From Amoebidium appalachense (lineage: Eukaryota; Protista; Ichthyosporea): a stretch of DNA of 64,000 nt. The stretch lies in assembly GCA_963693365.1 (NCBI GenBank), contig CAVNZM010000013.1, positions 1-64,000 on the forward strand, written 5' to 3'. The notes under the pieces were generated by a model. The model made no database searches and was not told the origin of the DNA. It saw only the letters and a program-made list of their open reading frames with translations. This document shows, piece after piece, positions 29,001 to 39,050 of this stretch. The position numbers and the translations under genes were made by a program. How positions within the stretch are numbered: position 1 is the first letter of the stretch; the number at the start of each line of letters is the position of its first letter.

Positions 29001-30576
29001 CCCAGGGGCGCGGGCGGGGGTGATGGAGCTGGTGCTGCGGCAAGATGGTACACCCCCACAAACGAGGCCGAGCTCTTGACGATGCGCGGTTTCTCGTTTG
29101 GGCGGGCGATGTGGAGGGCCACCAGCATGAGTTGGGGGACGTAGCGGTCCATGCGCACGACCAGGTACGCCAGCGGACGGAAGCGGAGCTCCCTGAGCTC
29201 AGGCGACACGTAAACGAGCCCGCACACGGAGTCGGTGATGTCCGTGGTTGTATTAGGTGCGACCGCGGCGCGGCCACGCACGGCACCGGCGGCTGGTTTC
29301 CCTGCCGCCTGCAATGGAGCGAGGGCGGGCCCCAGGACCCTCGTGAAGTCCGTGACCGCCCTGCTGGCGACCGACGGCGCCAACCCCAAGCTTTTCGCGG
29401 CCGACTCGAAGTCTCTGGCCTTGTCCCTGTCCGAGTACTCAGCGCGGCGGAGGGTGCGGGCTGGCTCGCGGAGGACCGATTCACGCGACGCGGCGAGGTC
29501 GTCGTCGACGGCGTTCTCTGTGCGGGCTCTCCTGAAGTCCATGAACACTTTGACGGCTTCGCCTTTGGACTCGAGGGGGGGCGTTCGAGCTCCCTGCCGT
29601 CGGCGAGGCTCTCCAGCAGGGGCCTGATGCCGGCGTTGTGGGGCTTTTCGGCGAGGGCCAACGCGACCTTCTGCGTGTGCGCCATCAGGGCGTCCTTGCT
29701 CCATGCCTTGGAGATGCGGCCGTCGCGGACGGCCTTCGCGAGCTCCTTTGCCATCTTCGCGCGCTCCTGGATCAGCGTGTGGATCGCGTGCTTGTACGCA
29801 AAGTTCCGTTCGGTGACGCTGTCGCCGACTGGCTCCTCGTACTCGGGCAGCGGCAGTCCGGGGGCGATGATGGCAAGCGAGTTGACCATGTTCCGCTCAC
29901 CGGCCTCCTCGTTGTCGTCGTCGTCGTCGTCCAGGATTCCAAGAGCAGTCGTATCCACGCCCGGTCGCCCTGTCTCTTCTTTCAGGAACTTCTTGACCTT
30001 GTCTGCATGGGCCTTCTCGGCGTCGGCGATGTACCGGTACACTGTCCTGATGCGCTCGGGGTGATCGGGCTGATGCGGCTCTGGGAGTTGATGTAGGGGT
30101 TTAAGCTTGGGGGGCAGGACCGTGCCTCTTTCGTTCTTCCGCGCTGGCCCGCGGGCGACTTCCCTGAAGAGGTCCTGCCCGCGGGAGTCCGTGACGCCGT
30201 CAAGCTTGACGTAGCCCGCCGACGCGGTTCTCGAGTACACCTTGCCCATGAGGCTCCTGTGCATCTTGAAGTGCGGCGTGTCCGCCGCCACGTCGGCGTT
30301 AGGCCGGGTCTCCACGAACCGCTCCCACCACGTCTCGTGCGTGCGTGCGCGTGGTTCGGTGGGCGGGTCTTCGAACATGGGATCGCGGATGCGGAAGCGG
30401 GTGTGCGAGGACTGCTGGTCCGTGGACACAGACTGCTCGATGGCGTCTTTGGACACCGGGGAGTCGACCCGGGGGTCTATGCGAAAACGGGATGGGTCTT
30501 CGGCACATGGCCACGCGTCGGCCACGACTTTATTGTGGTTGTATCGGTCTACGACAATATAGCCAGGCCTGCTCAT
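26063..30576 (-). CDS. ~1,500-aa protein with central Tc1/IS630-family HTH + DDE transposase domain (frameshift at G7, 29575-29581)
   Basis: HTH AAKIARVMKISPQTARRYI, SVSTLNKW..KMGLSYKR, and catalytic FIDES, MDNAPQH, LPPYNSKFNVAE. The upstream ORF (ATG 30576) joins in frame if the minus-strand C7 run is C8. Confidence 0.75.
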
Positions 30577-30596
30577 GCCACAGGCATGGATAATTC

Positions 30597-31382
30597 TTAC
30601 ATCTGGCACAGGTGGTATGCGAGGACGCCCAAATCGCTGACGATATATTCGAATCTGATGGGTTTGTTGTTTGCCACGTGTATCCTGACCGTACTGTTGA
30701 CACAAGCACCCTTGCAGAACGCGGCCAGATATTTGACCATGTACTTGGCCTTCACCTTCTCGTCGTGCGCCTTGACGAAGACCACGCCAGACGACTTGCA
30801 TCGTCTGATTTTCAGGGTGTCCTGGCTGCGCTCGGGTATGTCGATGCGACACTTGCCGAGCGCACCTACCGCACGCAGCCTCATGCAGCCATCGGATACG
30901 CTGATGCACACGACGTTCGAGACGGACTGGATGTCGCGCAGGTACCTCGCGAGTTCGTGAGCCTGGATGTCGAAGACACAGTCGTAGTCGAGCGACGGCG
31001 TCACCAACAGTGGCCTCTCCTCCTTTATCAGGGTCATGGTGTAGGTAATTGCACTCGCGTCGTCTGTCGTCTCCATCTTCACCTTGAGGCCATTGTCCTC
31101 CGAGCAGAAGGAAATGCTGTTAAACTTGTGAGCGGCTGCGTTCTTGACGATCTTGTAGAGATTCTGAATCTCGAACGTGGCTCGGAACTCCTCCGCGACG
31201 TCGAATATCTCAAAGCGGTCCGCGGGGAAGTGCATGTGGACAAATGCCTTCTTCGCGTTGTCGACGGCCGGAAGGACCAGTCCGTCTTTTGGGCTGAAGA
31301 CGACGGTGACCTCGCCCAGTATGTCCTTGATGCTGTCGACTGCGCATTTGAACGTGTTCACCTGGACGGTCTTGACGAGCAT
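30597..31382 (-). CDS. PCNA: Proliferating cell nuclear antigen (sliding clamp)
   Basis: FK..VDSIKDIL, AVDNAKKAFVHM, KYL..FCKG...V.I...NNKPIRFEY....LGVLAYHL; 261 aa. Confidence 0.92.
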   Translation of the reverse strand: MLVKTVQVNTFKCAVDSIKDILGEVTVVFSPKDGLVLPAVDNAKKAFVHMHFPADRFEIFDVAEEFRATFEIQNLYKIVKNAAAHKFNSISFCSEDNGLKVKMETTDDASAITYTMTLIKEERPLLVTPSLDYDCVFDIQAHELARYLRDIQSVSNVVCISVSDGCMRLRAVGALGKCRIDIPERSQDTLKIRRCKSSGVVFVKAHDEKVKAKYMVKYLAAFCKGACVNSTVRIHVANNKPIRFEYIVSDLGVLAYHLCQM

Positions 31383-31464
31383 TGTGGTCTGGCGTGAAAT
31401 GTGGATTGACGGGGCTTTTTATACCTTGGCTTGCCGCGGTCGGGCTTTTTTCTATACACCCCGT

Positions 31465-32446
31465 ATGAACTCCGGGACGATTGACCGATCACTGATCTAC
31501 ATGGCCCTCCTGGCTGCGGGGGTGTACTACTTCACCAAGCCGACATACGGCGGCTGCGGTTCCTTGGAGTACGAGGATGATTCGCACCACCACCACCACA
31601 CCGAGGACTGGGCGAACGGACCCTTCGATGAGGATACCGCGCTTGCAGACGTGGACGGGCTGGCATCCGAGACCTATGAACCCGAGGATACGGCCCTGGC
31701 CTATGGCAACCAGGGCATGGTCGACGACGACGACGACTACGCGCTAGCATACGACGACGACGTGCTCGCGGACTTTGGGTACGCACGGGCTGGCTACGAC
31801 GATGACGCGCTCGGCCATGATGACCACTATGCCACCGCAGACTTCTACGACTTCGCCATGGCGGACTCCGCGCCCGTCCCCGCCCCCGCGCCCGCCCGCC
31901 CCGCGGCGGCGCAACAGCAAACCGCGCCGCCGCCTGCCGCGCCCGCGCCCAATGCGCCCACGGTTGTCAACGCGGGGGGGGCAGCAGGTGGTGGTGCCGG
32001 GTCCAGCGCCGGCGCAAAAGGCACTGCCGCCGACGTCGGTGGTGCCATCGGGCACACCCAGCGGGCTAATCGGAGCGGCGACGAGGCCCAGCGTGCATCC
32101 CATGCTCACGCACAGCGTGCACACGGTGGGGCCGGACGTCAGCAACAACACAATGGACGCCATATCCAAGATCCAGGGCACGGGGTTGTTCCAGGGGAGC
32201 GAGATGAAGCCGCGGGCACGCAGCAGCGTGGCCAAGCTGTCCGCACAGGAGGTGTTGGCGGCAACCAGCCGGCCGCGCAACGTGGCGGCCCCCGCCGTGT
32301 ACAAGAAGAACGGCAACCTGCAGATCCGACCGGACCCCACGATCCACAGCGCGGGCATGGACAACCTGCCGGCAATCAGCGGGTTCCGGGACATCAGCAA
32401 GCGCGAGGAGTTCTCGGAGTCGCTGGCCGCGACGCTGTTGGGGTAG
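31465..32446 (+). CDS. Minor capsid protein P11-like, frameshift at G8 (31974-31981)
   Basis: N-terminal TM anchor and acidic/Pro-Ala linker. Removing one G joins the frame ending KNGNLQIRPDPTI, similar to the N.NLQ.R..P motif of NCLDV P11-like proteins. Confidence 0.5.
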
Positions 32447-32529
32447 ACACGGACACGCACGGAGTGCACGAACAGTAAACGCTACACAACCACAGTAAAT
32501 GGCTTTATTGGGCGGTGTAATCCAATGAT

Positions 32530-33825
32530 CTAAGGGAGAACAACTACGGGCCAGTTTTCTGTCTCCGCCAGTTCGTTCCACGCATCCATAATTACGCGGA
32601 ATCCTGCATAGTTGTTGGCGAGCTGCTCTTGGTTGCCCGACCTCCCGCCGATGCGGATGTATTGGGCATGCCTCCGAATCAAGCACTTGAACTCGGTCTC
32701 GAAGTCGCGGGCCTGTGCCTTGTCTTGAGCAGGGAGGGCAAGCAGCACGTTGGCTAGAATCTTGTCCCTGCACTTTTCCTTCTTGTAGCGCTTAGCTATA
32801 CCGTCCTGTCCCGTCATGCCGAACATCAGCGTGCCGTCGCAGTTGTCAATAAAGTACATACACGGTCCAGCACGGGCCTTGTCGGTCAATTCCTCATTGA
32901 GCTCTCGCACCAAATAGAAACGGGAGTCCAAGCGCGACAGCAGGGCTTGGGACTCCTTGTTCTGCTCGTGGACTAGCACCATGGTCTTGCGCTTCGCCTC
33001 CTCCTTGCGCTCGTACTCCTCCGCCCGCACCCTTGCCTCATCCGTTCGCAGCACGACAGCGAGGAGTTCGGGGTTGCCGGTGATGACCACCTGCCTCTGG
33101 AGCATCAGCGCCTGCTGCACCAGTTCGATGGCTCTCTCGGCTGTGTGGCCCCCGTTGCTCTTCAGCATCCAATACTTGATGTCTGTATCGGAGAGCACGC
33201 GCTTCTCTCTCTTGCCGGCCACTTCCCCCGTGCCTTCTGCAGCTCGCTTGGGCCTTGTCTGGACCACGGCCACAGATTCCGTGCCCGCGGCGCTGTCGGT
33301 TTCGCGCAGCACGTCGGCCACCGCGCCGTGGTCGCCGGAGAGCGCCTTGCCTTCGATGGCAAGCCACTTGGCATGGTACTGGGGGCTGATGTGCTGTGCG
33401 AATGCGACTGCCACGTCAACATAGACCCAGGTACCGCGGAGTCGCTCGCAGTCTTTCCCCTTGTAGTTTATGCGAGCCGAATCGACAACCGACCAATCAG
33501 AGGAGTCCTGGACAATCCCAGGACTCGCTGCAGGACTCCTTTTCTTCTCGATTTCATTTAAGAGTGCGTGTGTGCCATCTAGCCGAAACCAATCGCTCCA
33601 CGTCTTCCCGCTGGATTTAGCAATGTAGGTGACATTCACCCAAAGCTCTCCTCCGTTACGCACTTCCCCATAGGTGAGGACTTTACCCTCGTCGTCGTTT
33701 ATCGGCGTCACCTCCCCCTCCTCCAGCACCTGCCCGTTGCGCATCACCACGCGGGCCCGGGAGGACTGCGGAGCGGGGGATGCAATCGTGTTGTACGCTG
33801 GTGGCTGCATTGCGAGAGTGGCCAT
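32530..33825 (-). CDS. KilA-N domain protein with C-terminal T5orf172/GIY-YIG-like region
   Basis: WVNVT.IAK..GK.WSDWFRL...GTWVYVDVAVAFAQHISP is KilA-N; C-terminal MYFI.....FGMT...KR. Confidence 0.82.
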   Translation of the reverse strand: MATLAMQPPAYNTIASPAPQSSRARVVMRNGQVLEEGEVTPINDDEGKVLTYGEVRNGGELWVNVTYIAKSSGKTWSDWFRLDGTHALLNEIEKKRSPAASPGIVQDSSDWSVVDSARINYKGKDCERLRGTWVYVDVAVAFAQHISPQYHAKWLAIEGKALSGDHGAVADVLRETDSAAGTESVAVVQTRPKRAAEGTGEVAGKREKRVLSDTDIKYWMLKSNGGHTAERAIELVQQALMLQRQVVITGNPELLAVVLRTDEARVRAEEYERKEEAKRKTMVLVHEQNKESQALLSRLDSRFYLVRELNEELTDKARAGPCMYFIDNCDGTLMFGMTGQDGIAKRYKKEKCRDKILANVLLALPAQDKAQARDFETEFKCLIRRHAQYIRIGGRSGNQEQLANNYAGFRVIMDAWNELAETENWPVVVLP

Positions 33826-33967
33826 CAATCTAGGTACAGATTTTATTTTGCGGTAGGCCCAGCCTTTATACCCATGGCCTGGAAGCCGGCCTCAAGATCA
33901 ATGGAGGCCAGCCTCAAGGAATTTGAGGATGGATTCCACCCGGCCCTTCGATCACAGGGGCAGCTTC

Positions 33968-35398
33968 TTACACCCCCACGACCTTCTCGTGTACGAACGT
34001 GTACGCATGCACCCACTCCGTGTCACCCGCCCCCTCCCCGCCTACGGCCACATCCTGCCTCAGCCGCTTCGTGCGCCCGCCGAACAGCTTGCCCATGGTG
34101 GACCCCAGCTTCCTGACACTTACTGTCGCGGGGTCGCGGCCATTTCGCGCGGCCCAGGTGCGCATGAGCTCGGCCATGCCCGTGGTGGTGACGTGGGCGC
34201 CATCGGCGATGGCCATGTCCTCACAGCCATCGGCCCCGAAAGCCATATCGCGCAGGAACAGCATGACGTCGCCCATGTTTGCCTGCCGCAGCTCCTGCTT
34301 CAGCTCGGTCATCGGGGGCGGGGGCAGCACGGGGGGGACGTTGGGCAGACGCACGAGTGTGTCGTGAATGGCCTGCAGGGCCTTCGGTTGGGCGTGGTGG
34401 GCGACGAACGAGCCGAAGTAGGCAGTGTCGCCGATCCTCTCACCGGACACCTCCATGCAGGCGTAGCGCCTGTCACTGGCCTCGACCAACACGGGCAACG
34501 ATTCGTTCGTCAGCAGCACGTAGCGCTCGCACGAGCGAACGGTATGGGCGTCATGACCCTTCTTCTCGACCAGGTTAGTAGACTCGGTGATGTGCGACTT
34601 CATGATGTTGTTGATCTCGCGCGAGTTCCCGAACAGCACCTCGTCGACAATGACGAGCAGCTTGTTCTGGAGATGCGCGTTGAAGTGGTTCTGGATCCTG
34701 TCCTTGCGGTTCACGTAGACGGTGTGCTCTGCACCGATGACGTCGGTGAGGACCTGGAAGAACACGTTCTTGCCCGCTCCCTGGCGCGACACGAACAGCA
34801 GCGCGCTGCCGGGCTTCGCGGCGGGGAACTGAAACAGATGCCCGAGCCAGGTCAGCATGTACGCGAACAGCACCTCGTTGCCACCACACAACAGGTCGCG
34901 CGCGTGCGCGAGGAAGGGCGCGGCCAGAGACTCGCGCTCTTCCGACGGCATGTCGCTTGGGCGGTGGCGGAAGCCAGGGAACAGGTTGAAGACGTGGTAC
35001 GGGCCGGTGGTGTACCTGCGACGTCCGGTCAGGGGATCGGGGTCCGCGGGGTCGTAGACGACGCGCTCGTACACCAGGATGTCGGGGCCGTTGAGGTACT
35101 CGCGACCGGTGTACTTTGCCACACGGGCGCCGCGGTCCGAGTGGATGGTGAACTGAAACTTGCCGAGGGTGTCGACCGCGTCGCGCTTGGACACGATGCG
35201 GTGCTCGAACTGTTGGCGTTCGTCGGACCACTGCTTGAGGATGTATGCCGAGGAGCCCTTGATCCAAGCCACCACGCTGCGCAGGTAGTCGACGGCCATA
35301 CTCTCGGACCAATCGTACTGCGCGCACTCGCGCGGCACGAAGGGCACATCGTGGAGGGGGCCGCGGGTGGGGTCCTCGAAGATCGCGTAGTCGGTCAT
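33968..35398 (-). CDS. D5-like / DUF5906 superfamily-3 helicase, second copy
   Basis: QGAGKN, FNAHLQNKLLVIVDE, LLTN and SDRRYAC; colinear with 8356-9777. Confidence 0.88.
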   Translation of the reverse strand: MTDYAIFEDPTRGPLHDVPFVPRECAQYDWSESMAVDYLRSVVAWIKGSSAYILKQWSDERQQFEHRIVSKRDAVDTLGKFQFTIHSDRGARVAKYTGREYLNGPDILVYERVVYDPADPDPLTGRRRYTTGPYHVFNLFPGFRHRPSDMPSEERESLAAPFLAHARDLLCGGNEVLFAYMLTWLGHLFQFPAAKPGSALLFVSRQGAGKNVFFQVLTDVIGAEHTVYVNRKDRIQNHFNAHLQNKLLVIVDEVLFGNSREINNIMKSHITESTNLVEKKGHDAHTVRSCERYVLLTNESLPVLVEASDRRYACMEVSGERIGDTAYFGSFVAHHAQPKALQAIHDTLVRLPNVPPVLPPPPMTELKQELRQANMGDVMLFLRDMAFGADGCEDMAIADGAHVTTTGMAELMRTWAARNGRDPATVSVRKLGSTMGKLFGGRTKRLRQDVAVGGEGAGDTEWVHAYTFVHEKVVGV

Positions 35399-35469
35399 GT
35401 TTAAGAAGGGGGCGAATGAAGATTGGTTCGGGGCACGCGGCTTTTATAGGCACGCAATGGCATGCGCAG

Positions 35470-36114
35470 TTATATTTTGGGGTAAAAATACGTGCAATGG
35501 ACGACACCATGCTGGCGCTGCTGCTGTATGCGAGCTGCATCCGCGCCGGAGCAGATGGCGTGCGCTTGTTCTGTGTCATTCTCTATGTTACCTCTATTGC
35601 TGCGCCTTTCTATCCTGTTGCCTGGAACCAGTTCAAGCATCAGAATGTCGCAACCGCCGGCGTGGCGCACTTTAGCGCCACACTTGATTAAGTCGATGCT
35701 CACCATGGTGGTGCTCGCGCTTGTCGCCTTGAGGGGCACCGCGCGCTGCAGGGGTTCGTCGAGTGGGTCCCCGTGTGGGAGCAAGGCCAGATCGATGTCG
35801 CAGCGGACCCAGCACATACGGAACGCGATACCGGGCTGTAGGTCGACAAAGATCGTGTCGGACAGACCGGTGGTGTCGGTGTATAAAAAGCGGAAATGGT
35901 TCAGACCGTCGCGGTTGGACGCTTCGAGGAACGCAAGCGGGGCAGTCGTCTCCGCATACACCGTGCCGGCCTTTTCCAGGACGGCCCTGAGTTTGAGCGG
36001 CACGAGGTCGACGGCGGCATAACCCTGGCCATTGAAGCGTGCAGCGGCGACAAACCGAGTAAGGCTGGAGGTGAAGGCTGCGAGGGCTTCCGCTTCCAAG
36101 TGTATTTTTGGCAT
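35470..36114 (-). CDS. Hypothetical protein
   Basis: 214-aa ORF preceded by TATAAAA (TTTTATA on + strand at ~36155). Confidence 0.5.
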   Translation of the reverse strand: MPKIHLEAEALAAFTSSLTRFVAAARFNGQGYAAVDLVPLKLRAVLEKAGTVYAETTAPLAFLEASNRDGLNHFRFLYTDTTGLSDTIFVDLQPGIAFRMCWVRCDIDLALLPHGDPLDEPLQRAVPLKATSASTTMVSIDLIKCGAKVRHAGGCDILMLELVPGNRIERRSNRGNIENDTEQAHAICSGADAARIQQQRQHGVVHCTYFYPKI

Positions 36115-36422
36115 CTGTGCGAGCTGACAGCAGACTGAGAGGCCGCGATGGCGCTTTTATACAATCGCGGCCCAAGTAATTGGTAGCAGTAGGCAAGGGA
36201 CCCAAGTGGACCAGGTACCATTACAACCAGATGCCCACGACATTCCGACACCGAAGACACGCCGCCGAACCGATGCGGCGGCTGTTGTGGAGGCTGCAAG
36301 GTTGGTTGGGCAAGCGTCCAAGAACGCACCACACCGAGCCCACGGCAACACCCCCGCGCGCGTGCAAGGCGTTGTCGGGGACACAAACCTGGAGTGACCA
36401 CGGAAATCCCGGTCGAAGGTCT

Positions 36423-36698
36423 ATGGTGAAGGTTGTGAAACACACACACGAGGACTTGCACGAACACGACTGCGCAGCGCGCTGCGTGGATGTTTACATC
36501 CGACAAGGTATGAACACGGGCGAAGTCGTGTTTGTGCGCTGCTGTGGGGACATGTGGACCGCGGGCCTCAGACCCGGAGACTTTATTGACTCGTGTGAAA
36601 TCACGCCCGTGCCGGGCTCAAAGCGGCACATACTCGTGCACATGCAAGTGATCGACGGCCCCTGGCGCACCGACCAGTGCGCGGCCGATTGTCACTAG
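36423..36698 (+). CDS. Small hypothetical protein
   Basis: MVKVVKHTHED... plausible beta-rich 91 aa; AATAAA downstream; start uncertain. Confidence 0.4.
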   Translation: MVKVVKHTHEDLHEHDCAARCVDVYIRQGMNTGEVVFVRCCGDMWTAGLRPGDFIDSCEITPVPGSKRHILVHMQVIDGPWRTDQCAADCH

Positions 36699-36794
36699 TA
36701 CAAAGCCATAATAAACAACTACAGACAAACCCCAATGCCAAGACATACAAACGACATACAGACTACACATACACACCGAACCCGCAGGGCACGT

Positions 36795-37679
36795 CTACTT
36801 GCGGGAACGCGTGCGGGAGGACACGGGTAGGGACGCGCGGCGCGCGGCCCGGGTGCTTCCGCGACCCATTGTCCACGCAGGCACGACCGGGCGATGTGGC
36901 GTGCGAGGGGTTGAGTGATGGGGCGGCGCCGACATGGCTGCGGGTGGTTGCGGGGGGGTGAGTGCTGTGGGTGTGGGCGCGGGCTCGGAGGGGTTGGCTC
37001 GGGGGGGGGCTGGGGGTGGCGTTGCAGGACTCGAGGTGTCCATGGGGACCGTTGCAGTATACACGGAACGGTACATGTCGTAGTTGGAGCGAGAAAGTGT
37101 GTAGGTGAAGGTATCGATCTTCTCGGTCGATTGGCATTTCCAGGTGTTGGCTGTGAGTTCATTGAGCCGCAGCTCGCACCATGAGTTGAAGTTTTTCACG
37201 GACTCCTTTGGGCGAACGAAGTCAACGGTGAGGTGGTCGAGGTGGGCCAGGAAAGCGGGGGACGGGTTTTCCATGGAGTGCTGATTGGGCGTGGGTGCCG
37301 AAAGCACGTGTTGTCGAAGGAGTGACGGTTTGGGGTCCGCGTGTTTGAATCTGTCGAGCACCAAACAGCTTTTGGGCTCAACCTCTGTACCCTCGAGCCA
37401 ATGGAACCATCCACCATAGAATCTGGACGCTGCCGCGGCATTTCTGCCCTGATCCTCGCCTCCATATGGCGTAGGGTAGTCGACGAGTATTTCAAGACGG
37501 CGGAGAGCGCCTGTGACGAGCCTGTTTGCATTCCTCGAGAGGTCCACAAGGGCACAAGAAGCCGTTATATCCGAGGAAATTTTCCCTATGTATGCATCGC
37601 TAATGACGAGGCGGATGTGGTTTGTTGTAGGAGACAGGCCAAGCCAGTCCGTATAATACCTGACAGTATGTGCCGCCAT
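36795..37679 (-). CDS. Hypothetical protein with Pro-rich/basic C-terminus
   Basis: Likely start MAAHTVRYY, downstream of a CCAAT-rich promoter with TATA. Confidence 0.55.
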   Translation of the reverse strand: MAAHTVRYYTDWLGLSPTTNHIRLVISDAYIGKISSDITASCALVDLSRNANRLVTGALRRLEILVDYPTPYGGEDQGRNAAAASRFYGGWFHWLEGTEVEPKSCLVLDRFKHADPKPSLLRQHVLSAPTPNQHSMENPSPAFLAHLDHLTVDFVRPKESVKNFNSWCELRLNELTANTWKCQSTEKIDTFTYTLSRSNYDMYRSVYTATVPMDTSSPATPPPAPPRANPSEPAPTPTALTPPQPPAAMSAPPHHSTPRTPHRPVVPAWTMGRGSTRAARRASLPVSSRTRSRK

Positions 37680-37759
37680 GTTGCTGCTGGCGCGGCGCAA
37701 GACCAGAAGAAAAGTGGCGGGATGGTTGCAAGTGCGCATCGATTTTAAGCATTCTTGGG

Positions 37760-37960
37760 TCGCTTGGATTGGATGATTATAAAAGAAACTGACGTGATTG
37801 GCTTTGCATTCGGCGCAGTCTGGAACGGACGCTCCTATTGGTTGGTGAGATATTCGATTGGTTGAAATGTCAATTGACGGCATTTGATTGACCTATACCA
37901 GATCCAATTGATTGGCAAGACATTCGATTTGTGAAAATGTCAATCGACGGCATTTGATTA
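37760..37960 (-). promoter_or_regulatory. CCAAT-rich promoter with internal ~41-bp direct repeat
   Basis: At least five ATTGG boxes; ATTCGATT..TGAAA(A)TGTCAAT(T/C)GACGGCATTTGATT at ~37852 and ~37922. Confidence 0.55.
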
Positions 37961-38280
37961 GCTAATCTGGGGTTGCGATCGGCATGCAGCGCGTTCGAAA
38001 AATCAACGAAATAGGCCCTGGCAGCGGGCTACACTCAGGATATCAACCGTTTGTGTTATGTGTATTCGCAAAAGAAAGAAGACCCACGCAGCCAGGGCAC
38101 GAGCGCGGCGCCGTCGCCGCATGTTTGTGTACGCCGACCAATTCCTAGAACCGTACTCGCCGGTGATGTGGAGACTTTTCTTAGCGAAGAGATCGTAACC
38201 ATAATCAAGGCTTGAGAAACGCGCGCTGCGGAGACAACAAGAAAGACCATCCCGCGTTCTTCCCCCGCAAGATTGTGTAC

Positions 38281-38592
38281 GCAAGCGTCGCGTTGGCCGC
38301 GGTGCGGAGCCGAAAGACTCAAAAAAATTGCAAGAGTCGCGTTGGCCGCGGTGCGGAGCCCAAAGACTCTGAAAAATGAAAAATTGCAAGAGTCGTGTTG
38401 GCCGCGGTGCGGAGCCGAAAGACTCTGAAAAATGAAAAATTGCAAGAATCGTGTTGGCCGCGGTGCGGAGCCGAAAGACTCAGAAAAATTGCAAGAGTCG
38501 CGTTGGCCGCGGTGCGGAGCCCAAAGACTCTGAAAAATGAAAAATTGCAAGAGTCGTGTTGGCCGCGGTGCGGAACCGAAAGACTTTGCAAG
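38281..38592 (+). repeat. Tandem array A: six 49/56-bp units
   Basis: GCAAGAGTCG(C/T)GTTGGCCGCGGTGCGGAGCC(G/C)AAAGACTC plus an A-rich tail at 38281, 38330, 38386, 38442, 38491 and 38547; 49+56+56 higher-order period. Confidence 0.95.
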
Positions 38593-39050
38593 AGTTGCGT
38601 TTTGCCGAAAGCCTTAAAGACTCAAAAGACGAAACCGAAAAAATACAAGGACCTGAAAATACTTTATTTTCATATACACATGACAATACATACAACACAA
38701 CACACAACGCACAGCGCTGTGGTGGACATTCGTGACCACGTATTCCATTTGATATTCAGATATATTTTTGATGGATACAAACTTTGGCAGTGCTGACAAA
38801 CAGAAGCAAAGACTACGAACCGTTGACACATGTCGGTGTGCAATTACATATCTCTATTGCCAACACCGAAACCAAAAGACAGAACATGGTGTGTAAATTG
38901 AATACTGATGGTTGAACACGAAAGCAAAAATAGCCATCGCTGTAGCAGCCTTACGCAATATCACCAATACCATGACCACACACACACATCCACGCAACGC
39001 CAGCGTTATTGCCTACATGCCTACATGGTCTTGTTGCAGGTCTGACATGC

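Noticed and set aside
26063-29704. Ordinary inserted Tc1/IS630 transposon
   Set aside because: No TIRs or TA duplication seen by eye, and the DDE domain is in frame with long extensions. Not excluded without an inverted-repeat search.
38281-38592. CRISPR array
   Set aside because: The sequence between repeat cores is itself repeated (A-rich, two length classes); there are no unique spacers and no cas genes.
38003-38796. ORFs across array A
   Set aside because: Translations merely reflect the DNA repeat in several frames.
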